Shown here piece by piece: positions 15,982 to 32,000 of a stretch of 32,000 bases of DNA; within the stretch, counting starts at the first letter, position 1; every line of letters begins with the position of its first letter. The DNA comes from Acetobacteraceae bacterium H6797. GTDB taxonomy: Bacteria > Pseudomonadota > Alphaproteobacteria > Acetobacterales > Acetobacteraceae. Below the pieces are notes generated by a model. That model was not told the DNA's origin, made no database searches, and worked only from the letters and a program-made list of their open reading frames with translations. A program made the translations under genes and the position numbers. The DNA is taken from NCBI GenBank assembly GCA_015223225.1, contig JADFCQ010000001.1, forward strand, positions 1,047,639 to 1,079,638, given 5' to 3'.

Positions 15982-16404
15982 TCAAGCCTCCGCCTCGCCG
16001 AGGCGAGCCACGATCTTGGTCTTGATCGGCAGCTTCGCTGCGCCCAGCGTCAGGGCCTCGCGCGCCGTCTCCAGGGAGACACCGTCGATCTCGAACATCA
16101 CACGGCCCGGCTTGACGCGGGCAACCCAGTATTCCGGCGCGCCCTTACCGGAGCCCATGCGGACTTCGGCAGGCTTCGTCGAGACCGGAAGATCCGGGAA
16201 AATACGGATCCAAACACGGCCCTGGCGCTTCATCGCACGGGTGATCGCGCGGCGAGCCGCCTCGATCTGACGCGCGGTGACACGCTCGGGCTCCAGAGCC
16301 TTCAGGCCGAAGCCGCCGAAGGACAGCGTGAAGCCGCCCTTCGCGTCGCCCTTGATGCGGCCCTTATGCGCCTTGCGGAACTTCGTGCGCTTCGGGGAAA
16401 GCAT
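15982..16404 (-). CDS. rplP: 50S ribosomal protein L16
   Basis: 140 aa, [53 protein letters not shown]... Confidence 0.97.
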   Translation of the reverse strand: MLSPKRTKFRKAHKGRIKGDAKGGFTLSFGGFGLKALEPERVTARQIEAARRAITRAMKRQGRVWIRIFPDLPVSTKPAEVRMGSGKGAPEYWVARVKPGRVMFEIDGVSLETAREALTLGAAKLPIKTKIVARLGEAEA

Positions 16405-16416
16405 GGTCAGTTATCC

Positions 16417-17094
16417 TCAGCGCTGCGGCGCCTGCTCCGCGGCGCGCTTGTCCTGCGCCAGCGGATCATGCCCCAGGATCTCGCCCTTGAAGATCCAAAC
16501 CTTGACACCGCAGGTGCCGTAGGTGGTCTTCGCGGTCGCGGTGCCATAGTCGATATCGGCGCGGAGCGTGTGCAGGGGCACGCGGCCCTCGCGATACCAC
16601 TCCATGCGCGCGATCTCGGCGCCACCAAGACGGCCACTGCAGTTGATGCGGATGCCGCCGGCACCCAGACGCATCGCGGACTGCACGGCGCGCTTCATGG
16701 CGCGACGGAAGGCCACGCGGCGCTCCAGCTGCTGGGCGATCGACTCGGCAACCAGCGTCGCCTCGATCTCCGGCTTGCGGATCTCGACGATGTTCAGCGA
16801 CACCTCGGCACCGGCCATCTTCGCGAGCGACTTGCGCAGCACGTCGATGTCAGCGCCCTTCTTGCCGATCACGACGCCCGGACGGGCGGCGTGGATCGTC
16901 ACGCGGGGCTTCTTGTTCGGCCGCTCGATCACCACGCGCGACACGCCGGCACCCTTGAGACGCTCACGCAGCTTCGTGCGCAGCTTCAGGTCGTCGTGCA
17001 GCAGCTTGGAATAGTCGCGGTCGGCGAACCAGCGGCTGTCCCAGGTGCGGTTGATGCCGAGCCGGAGCCCGATCGGATTGACTTTGTGACCCAT
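16417..17094 (-). CDS. rpsC: 30S ribosomal protein S3
   Basis: ORF 16417..17175 trimmed to the ATG at 17094 ([24 protein letters not shown]...). It has a TAATG junction with rplV. Confidence 0.96.
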   Translation of the reverse strand: MGHKVNPIGLRLGINRTWDSRWFADRDYSKLLHDDLKLRTKLRERLKGAGVSRVVIERPNKKPRVTIHAARPGVVIGKKGADIDVLRKSLAKMAGAEVSLNIVEIRKPEIEATLVAESIAQQLERRVAFRRAMKRAVQSAMRLGAGGIRINCSGRLGGAEIARMEWYREGRVPLHTLRADIDYGTATAKTTYGTCGVKVWIFKGEILGHDPLAQDKRAAEQAPQR

Positions 17095-17504
17095 TACGCG
17101 GCCTCCTGCCCGGCTTCGGCCGTCGCCGGCGCAGCCTGCTGTTCCGCCACCACGATCTTCAGGTGGCTGAACCACTTCTCCACGCGGGCGGCGCGGCCAC
17201 GGCCACGCGCCTGGAAGCGCTTCATCACCTGCGAACGACCAACCTCGGCGCGAGCGACGACAAGCTTGTCGACGTCGAGCTGGTGGTTGTTCTCGGCGTT
17301 CGCGATCGCGCTCTCGAGCGTCTTCTTCACCGTCTGGGCGATGCGACGCTTCTCGAACGTGAGGGTCGCCACCGCATCGGACGCCTTCGCGCCGCGGATG
17401 AGGCCCGCCATCAGGTTCAGCTTGCGCGGGGAAACGCGGATGTTCCGCGTCACCGCCTGCGCCTCGGTATCAGCGATACCGCGTTCATGCTTCGGCTTGC
17501 TCAT
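17094..17504 (-). CDS. rplV: 50S ribosomal protein L22
   Basis: 136 aa, ...[59 protein letters not shown]..., with an Ala/Glu-rich C-terminal tail. Confidence 0.97.
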   Translation of the reverse strand: MSKPKHERGIADTEAQAVTRNIRVSPRKLNLMAGLIRGAKASDAVATLTFEKRRIAQTVKKTLESAIANAENNHQLDVDKLVVARAEVGRSQVMKRFQARGRGRAARVEKWFSHLKIVVAEQQAAPATAEAGQEAA

Positions 17505-17507
17505 GGC

Positions 17508-17786
17508 TCAGCCCCGCTTGGCCTTCTTGTCGGACGAGTGGCCCGAGAAGGTGCGGGTCGGCGAGAACTCACCGAACTTGTGACCCACCATGTTCTCGGT
17601 CACCTGCACCGGGATGAACTTCTTCCCGTTGTAGACGCCGAACGTCAGACCGACGAACTGCGGCAGGATCGTGCTCCGCCGGGACCAGATCTTGATGACC
17701 TCGTTCCGGGTGGAGGCCCGGGCGGCCTCCGCCTTGTTCAGCAGGTAACCGTCAACGAACGGCCCCTTCCACACGCTGCGCGGCAT
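17508..17786 (-). CDS. rpsS: 30S ribosomal protein S19
   Basis: ORF 17508..17882 trimmed to the ATG at 17786. [57 protein letters not shown]... Confidence 0.96.
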   Translation of the reverse strand: MPRSVWKGPFVDGYLLNKAEAARASTRNEVIKIWSRRSTILPQFVGLTFGVYNGKKFIPVQVTENMVGHKFGEFSPTRTFSGHSSDKKAKRG

Positions 17787-17791
17787 ATCCG

Positions 17792-18625
17792 TCAGCCCTT
17801 CGTCGCGTTGCGCCGGCGAACGATCATGCCGCTCGTGCGCTTGTTGGTGCGGGTCTTGTAACCCTTCGTGGGCTTGCCCCACGGGGTCACAGGATGACGG
17901 CCGCCCGAAGTCCGGCCTTCACCACCACCATGCGGGTGGTCGACCGGGTTCATGACGACGCCACGCTGATGCGGCTTGCGGCCGAGCCAGCGGCTGCGAC
18001 CGGCCTTGCCGATCTGCTGGTTGCTGTTGTCGGGGTTCGACACGGCACCAACGGTGGCAATGCACTCGGCGCGAACCAGGCGCAGCTCACCCGACATCAG
18101 CTTGACCTGGGCGTAGCCCGAGTCCTTGCCGACGAGCTGGGCATAGGTGCCAGCCGAACGGGCGATCTTGCCGCCGGCGCCGGGCTTCATCTCGATGTTG
18201 TGCACGATCGTGCCAACGGGGATGGAGCCGAGCGGCATGGCGTTGCCGGGCTTGATGTCGACCTTCTCGCCGGCGATCACGGTGTCGCCCGCCTTCAGGC
18301 GCTGCGGCGCGAGGATATAGGCGAGCTCGCCGTCCTCGTACTTCAGCAGCGCGATGAACGCCGTGCGGTTCGGATCGTACTCGATGCGCTCGACCGTCGC
18401 GGGCACGTCGAACTTGCGCCGCTTGAAGTCGATGATGCGGTACGTCCGCTTGTGTCCGCCGCCACGGAACCGCACGGTGATGCGGCCGTGGTTGTTACGG
18501 CCGCCCGAGGAATGCTTGCCCTCGGTCAGGCCCTTGACCGGCGCGCCCTTATGCAGCTCGGAACGATCGATGAGGATCGTGCCGCGCGAGCTCGGGGTAA
18601 CCGGGTTGAAATGCTTCAGCGCCAT
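17792..18625 (-). CDS. rplB: 50S ribosomal protein L2
   Basis: ORF 17792..18637 trimmed to the ATG at 18625. [27 protein letters not shown]...[23 protein letters not shown]. Confidence 0.97.
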   Translation of the reverse strand: MALKHFNPVTPSSRGTILIDRSELHKGAPVKGLTEGKHSSGGRNNHGRITVRFRGGGHKRTYRIIDFKRRKFDVPATVERIEYDPNRTAFIALLKYEDGELAYILAPQRLKAGDTVIAGEKVDIKPGNAMPLGSIPVGTIVHNIEMKPGAGGKIARSAGTYAQLVGKDSGYAQVKLMSGELRLVRAECIATVGAVSNPDNSNQQIGKAGRSRWLGRKPHQRGVVMNPVDHPHGGGEGRTSGGRHPVTPWGKPTKGYKTRTNKRTSGMIVRRRNATKG

Positions 18626-18629
18626 GGCG

Positions 18630-18962
18630 TCACGCAAGCCCCGTCGTCAGGTCGATGCTCTGGCCTTCGGCCAGGCGCACAACAGCCTTCTTCCAATCGG
18701 AACGCTGGCCGGGACGGCCCTTGAACCGCTTGGACTTACCCTTCACCACCAGGGTGTTCACCGTGACAACCGTCACGCCGAACAGACCCTCGATGGAGGC
18801 CTTGATCTCCGGCTTCGTCGCGGAGAGAGGCACCTTAAAGGTAACCTGGCCCGTCTCGGTCAGGATCGACGCCTTTTCCGTGACGATCGGCGAGAGGATG
18901 GTCTGATACATCCGCTCGCGCGAGATCACGGGGCGCTTCGCCTTGGTCTCGGTCTCGCTCAT
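18630..18962 (-). CDS. rplW: 50S ribosomal protein L23
   Basis: 110 aa, ...[50 protein letters not shown]... The ATG at 18962 forms an ATGA overlap with the rplD stop. Confidence 0.95.
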   Translation of the reverse strand: MSETETKAKRPVISRERMYQTILSPIVTEKASILTETGQVTFKVPLSATKPEIKASIEGLFGVTVVTVNTLVVKGKSKRFKGRPGQRSDWKKAVVRLAEGQSIDLTTGLA

Positions 18963-19573
18963 GCCAGCCGCTCCTTCAGCGCCTCGACGCCGGCGCGGGT
19001 CACCGCGAGGACGTCATGGTTGAGAATGTCGTAGACATTCGCGCCGATGGTCGGCAGCACGTCCACCTTCGGGAGGTTGCTCACGGAACGGGCGAAACCC
19101 TCGTTCACGGTCGCGTCCACCACCAGGGCGGAAGTCCAGCCGAGAGCGGCCAGCTTCTTCGCCATGACGGAGGTCTTGGCCTCGGCCTCGGCGACGTCGA
19201 GCACAACCAGCTTGCCTTCGGCAGCCTTCTGGCTCAGCGCGCTGATCAGGCCCAGGCGGCGAACCTGCTTGGGCAGCGAGTAGCCGTGGTCGCGCACGAC
19301 GGGGCCGTGAACGACGCCACCAGTGCGGAACTGCGGCGCGCGCAGCGAGCCCTGGCGGGCGTTACCCGTGCCCTTCTGGCGATAGGGCTTCTTCGTCGTG
19401 CCGGAGACCTCGCCAAGACCCTTGGTCTTGTGAGTGCCGGCGCGGCGCTTGGCCAGCTGCCAGTGAACAACGCGAGCCATGATATCAGCCCGCGGGGCGG
19501 CGCCGAACAGCGCCTCCGGGAGCTCAATCTCACCGGCCGAGCTGTTATCCAGCGTAATGACAGGAACCTGCAT
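18959..19573 (-). CDS. rplD: 50S ribosomal protein L4
   Basis: 204 aa, ...[56 protein letters not shown]... Confidence 0.97.
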   Translation of the reverse strand: MQVPVITLDNSSAGEIELPEALFGAAPRADIMARVVHWQLAKRRAGTHKTKGLGEVSGTTKKPYRQKGTGNARQGSLRAPQFRTGGVVHGPVVRDHGYSLPKQVRRLGLISALSQKAAEGKLVVLDVAEAEAKTSVMAKKLAALGWTSALVVDATVNEGFARSVSNLPKVDVLPTIGANVYDILNHDVLAVTRAGVEALKERLA

Positions 19574-19584
19574 CGTCCGATCCT

Positions 19585-20268
19585 TCAGGCCGCGACCGTC
19601 GGATAGGGCGCATCAGCGTGGCGAGCACGCTTCATCGCGTCCTTCACCAGCACGTACGAACCCTTCGACCCCGGGATGGCGCCCTTGACGAAGAGCAGAC
19701 CCTTCTCGGCGTCGACCGCCGCGATTTCCAGGTTCTGCGTCGTCACGCGCTCAACACCGAGATGGCCAGCCATCTTCTTGTTCTTGAAGGTCTTGCCCGG
19801 GTCCTGACGGTTACCCGTCGAACCATGCGAACGGTGGCTGATCGACACACCGTGCGAGGCTTCGAGACCCGAGAAGTTCCAGCGCTTCATCGCACCCGCG
19901 AAGCCCTTGCCCTTCGTCGTACCGGTCACGTCGACCTTCTGGCCCACCACGAAGTGAGCAGCGCTCAGCGCCAGGCCCGGCTCCAGGGCGGCGTCAGCCG
20001 CGACCCGGAACTCGACAACCTTCATCGGCGCCTCGACACCCGCCTTCGCGAAGTGACCCTTGTTCGCCTTCGACACGTTCTTCGGCTTGGCCTTACCCAG
20101 GCCCAGCTGAACGGCGTCGTAGCCATCCTTGGCGGCTTCGCGCTTGGCGACCACGCGCACGTTATCAACGTGCAGCAGGGTCACAGGCACGGTCGAGCCG
20201 TCGTCCTTGAACAGCCGGGACATGCCCAGCTTGCGTGCGACCAATCCGGTCCGGCCATAGATAGCCAT
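19585..20268 (-). CDS. rplC: 50S ribosomal protein L3
   Basis: ORF 19585..20304 trimmed to the ATG at 20268. [40 protein letters not shown]... Confidence 0.96.
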   Translation of the reverse strand: MAIYGRTGLVARKLGMSRLFKDDGSTVPVTLLHVDNVRVVAKREAAKDGYDAVQLGLGKAKPKNVSKANKGHFAKAGVEAPMKVVEFRVAADAALEPGLALSAAHFVVGQKVDVTGTTKGKGFAGAMKRWNFSGLEASHGVSISHRSHGSTGNRQDPGKTFKNKKMAGHLGVERVTTQNLEIAAVDAEKGLLFVKGAIPGSKGSYVLVKDAMKRARHADAPYPTVAA

Positions 20269-20278
20269 GGCTGGTTCC

Positions 20279-20587
20279 TCAGATCTTGATCTCGACGTCC
20301 ACACCGGCAGCCAGGTCGAGCTTCATCAGCGCGTCCACGGTCTGCGGGGTGGGGTCGACGATGTCTAGAAGGCGGCGATGGGTCCGGATCTCGAACTGCT
20401 CACGCGACTTCTTATCGACGTGGGGCGAACGGTTCACGGTGAAACGTTCGATCTGCGTCGGCAGGGGGATGGGCCCGCGCACGCGCGCGCCCGTCCGCTT
20501 CGCGGTGTTGACGATCTCCCGCGTGCTGCCATCCAGCACGCGGTGATCGAACGCCTTGAGGCGGATGCGAATGTTTTGGCTATCCAT
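20279..20587 (-). CDS. rpsJ: 30S ribosomal protein S10
   Basis: ORF 20279..20665 trimmed to the ATG at 20587. [66 protein letters not shown]... Confidence 0.97.
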   Translation of the reverse strand: MDSQNIRIRLKAFDHRVLDGSTREIVNTAKRTGARVRGPIPLPTQIERFTVNRSPHVDKKSREQFEIRTHRRLLDIVDPTPQTVDALMKLDLAAGVDVEIKI

Positions 20588-20591
20588 CTTC

Positions 20592-20618
20592 GTCGGACCT
20601 GTTCCGTTTCCGTCCGAC
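20592..20618 (-). other. Hairpin filling the 31-nt tuf-rpsJ spacer
   Basis: The mRNA strand reads TGA GTCGGAC ggaaacggaacag GTCCGAC gaag ATG. The stem is 7 bp, and its 3' arm ends 4 nt before the rpsJ start codon, where an SD would normally lie. Confidence 0.35.
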
Positions 20619-21806
<1,188 letters not shown>

Positions 21807-21830
21807 TGTCTTCGTCCCCGATCGGGTCTG

Positions 21831-22307
21831 TTACCAGCGGTAGTGGCTGAAGGCCTTGTTGGCTTCGGCCATCCGGTGCGTGTCTTCGCGCTTCTTCACG
21901 GCGGTGCCGCGATTATTCGCCGCGTCCATCAGCTCAGCCGACAGACGCTCTTCCATGGTGTGCTCACCGCGCTTGCGCGAGGAGTCGATGATCCACCGGA
22001 TCGCCAGCGCCTGGCGCCGCTCGGGGCGCACTTCGACGGGGACCTGGTAGGTCGCACCACCGACGCGGCGCGAACGCACCTCGACGGAGGGCTTCACATT
22101 GTCCATCGCCTCATGGAACAGGCGCAGGGGGTCGCTGTTCGGACCACCGCGGCGCTTGAGGGTATCCATGGCGGCGTAGACGATACGCTCGGCCGTGCTC
22201 TTCTTACCATCGTACATCAGCTGGTTCATGAACCGGCTGAGAACGAGGTCACCGAACTTCGGATCCGGCAGGACTTCGCGCTTCGCAGCGCTATGACGAC
22301 GCGACAT
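21831..22307 (-). CDS. rpsG: 30S ribosomal protein S7
   Basis: 158 aa, [44 protein letters not shown]...AFSHYRW. Confidence 0.98.
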   Translation of the reverse strand: MSRRHSAAKREVLPDPKFGDLVLSRFMNQLMYDGKKSTAERIVYAAMDTLKRRGGPNSDPLRLFHEAMDNVKPSVEVRSRRVGGATYQVPVEVRPERRQALAIRWIIDSSRKRGEHTMEERLSAELMDAANNRGTAVKKREDTHRMAEANKAFSHYRW

Positions 22308-22318
22308 CGATCAGATCC

Positions 22319-22690
22319 TCACTTCGGACGCTTCGCGCCATACAGCGAGCGGCGCTGACGACGCTTCGGCAGGCCCTGCGTATCCAGCACACCGCGGAGG
22401 ATGTGGTAACGCACGCCCGGAAGGTCCTTAACGCGGCCGCCGCGGATGAGCACAACGGAGTGCTCCTGCAGGTTGTGGCCTTCACCCGGGATGTAGCTCA
22501 CGACTTCATAGCCGTTGGTGAGGCGAACCTTGGCGACCTTACGAAGGGCCGAGTTCGGCTTCTTCGGCGTGGTGGTGTAGACGCGCGTGCAAACGCCACG
22601 CTTCTGCGGGCAGCCCTGCAGCGCCGGCACCTTGTTCCGAGTCGGCTTGGGATGCCGCCCGGTCGCGATGAGCTGGTTGATCGTCGGCAT
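22319..22690 (-). CDS. rpsL: 30S ribosomal protein S12
   Basis: 123 aa, MPTINQLI...[70 protein letters not shown]... Confidence 0.99.
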   Translation of the reverse strand: MPTINQLIATGRHPKPTRNKVPALQGCPQKRGVCTRVYTTTPKKPNSALRKVAKVRLTNGYEVVSYIPGEGHNLQEHSVVLIRGGRVKDLPGVRYHILRGVLDTQGLPKRRQRRSLYGAKRPK

Positions 22691-22893
22691 GACGCCCCTT
22701 CGAACCCGTCCAAAACTTTGCCAGCCCTGCGCCTCAAGCGTAACGGCCCGCCCAGGCTGCGACTTGCGCGACCTGTGCGGGCTCCCGCCCCGCCTCAGCC
22801 TTCATGCCCCAACCGAGGCACAGTACCGAGACGCAGAACTGTCTTCCAAAGACCACCCGGAACCCCCGAAGGAGCGCCCGGCAGAGAGCGCGC

Positions 22894-22922
22894 TTGATAT
22901 GCCCCCCACCCCCCAGAGTCAA
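22894..22922 (-). promoter_or_regulatory. Candidate sigma70-type promoter for rpsL-rpsG-tuf
   Basis: The minus strand reads TTGACT (22922..22917), then a 17-nt spacer (ctggggggtggggggca), then TATCAA (22899..22894). This implies a 5' UTR of roughly 195 nt before the rpsL ATG at 22690. The -10 lacks the final T, so the call is tentative. Confidence 0.3.
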
Positions 22923-22948
22923 GCGAGTCCTGCCCTGGTAACGGCAAA

Positions 22949-22971
22949 GGCCGGTCCTTTTCGGACCGGCC
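22949..22971 (-). terminator. Second terminator-like hairpin downstream of rpoC
   Basis: GGCCGGTCC ttttc GGACCGGCC, a 9-bp stem. On the mRNA strand it is followed by TTTGCCGTT, a weak U-tract. Confidence 0.35.
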
Positions 22972-23013
22972 CTGCCATGCATCGCACGCGTAACGCTCGA
23001 GGCGGTATCATAG

Positions 23014-23042
23014 ACAGAAAAAGGCGCCTCGTGGCGCCTTTT
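23014..23042 (-). terminator. Rho-independent terminator of rpoC
   Basis: The mRNA strand reads GGAAAAGGCGCC acga GGCGCCTTTTTCTGTCT. The 6-bp GC core is extendable by A:U pairs and is followed by a U-tract. It begins 29 nt after the rpoC stop (23071-23073). The A-run on the other side makes it look bidirectional. Confidence 0.65.
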
Positions 23043-23070
23043 CCAGTCATTCCGGTCCAGCCGGCGGAGA

Positions 23071-27249
<4,179 letters not shown>

Positions 27250-27274
27250 GCGGCGATCCCCTTGCGTGAGGGCA

Positions 27275-27297
27275 CCGCCCCGGCAACACCGGGGCGG
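27275..27297 (-). other. GC hairpin in the 82-nt rpoB-rpoC spacer
   Basis: CCGCCCCGG caaca CCGGGGCGG, a 9-bp stem with no U-tract. Confidence 0.35.
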
Positions 27298-27331
27298 CTT
27301 GAAGAGAAGTCAGTCTGGAAGACGGGGCCCA

Positions 27332-31519
<4,188 letters not shown>

Positions 31520-31624
31520 GCCCGTCCTGCTTCCCTTCTTCCCGGCGAAAACCCCGGCCGGAGGGTAACTTGATACCCAAGACGCATCCGAACCGGGATT
31601 GGCTCGGCTGCGAAACGCAGGCGC

Positions 31625-31656
31625 GGACGGGAACCCGTTAGGATTCCCGCCCGTCC
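31625..31656 (-). other. Stem-loop with alternative pairings in the rplL-rpoB spacer (possible attenuator analogue)
   Basis: GGACGGG (31625-31631) can pair with CCCGTCC (31650-31656). Alternatively CGGGAA (31628-31633) can pair with TTCCCG (31644-31649). A further CCCGTC at 31655-31660 offers a third register. There is no good U-tract. Confidence 0.3.
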
Positions 31657-31718
31657 CGTCAGTACTTTACTCGCCCATCAGCCCCAACAGACTACCGCCG
31701 GGGTGACGGGCGCGAAGG

Positions 31719-32000
<282 letters not shown>

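Overview
Visibly GC-rich bacterial chromosome segment. The protein sequences and gene order look alphaproteobacterial (Rhodospirillales/Acetobacteraceae-like); that is my inference, as no search was run. About 80% of the window (6.5-32 kb) is the core translation/transcription superoperon, all on the minus strand. It runs rplL (partial)-rpoB-rpoC, then rpsL-rpsG-tuf, then the complete S10 cluster (rpsJ-rplC-rplD-rplW-rplB-rpsS-rplV-rpsC-rplP-rpmC-rpsQ). Next come the spc cluster (rplN-rplX-rplE-rpsN-rpsH-rplF-rplR-rpsE-rpmD-rplO-secY) with adk, and the alpha cluster (rpsM-rpsK-rpoA-rplQ). These calls are very secure because the proteins are unmistakable. Several ORF-track entries needed their starts trimmed to internal ATG codons that restore canonical N-termini and the usual ATGA/TAATG junction overlaps. 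The left 6.5 kb is the only accessory-looking part. It holds a partial LysR regulator, a divergently transcribed DHDPS/DapA-family enzyme and one SDR oxidoreductase. It also holds a PotD/PotB/PotC-like ABC importer (binding protein plus two permeases, with no ATPase gene) and a FhuF-like siderophore-iron reductase. I see no rRNA, tRNA, CRISPR array, transposase, integrase, phage gene or recognisable defence or toxin system, and I do not think the window holds a dramatic new system. Three things are worth a second look. (1) The SDR gene is bracketed by two ~195-bp inverted composite arrays of four GC-rich hairpin types that exactly fill a convergent intergenic gap. (2) fusA (EF-G) is absent from its canonical slot, with only 24 nt between rpsG and tuf. 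(3) The ABC importer has no ATPase gene, and one permease carries a ~145-aa extra loop domain. All the long plus-strand ORFs antisense to the ribosomal and RNA polymerase genes are rejected as high-GC artefacts.
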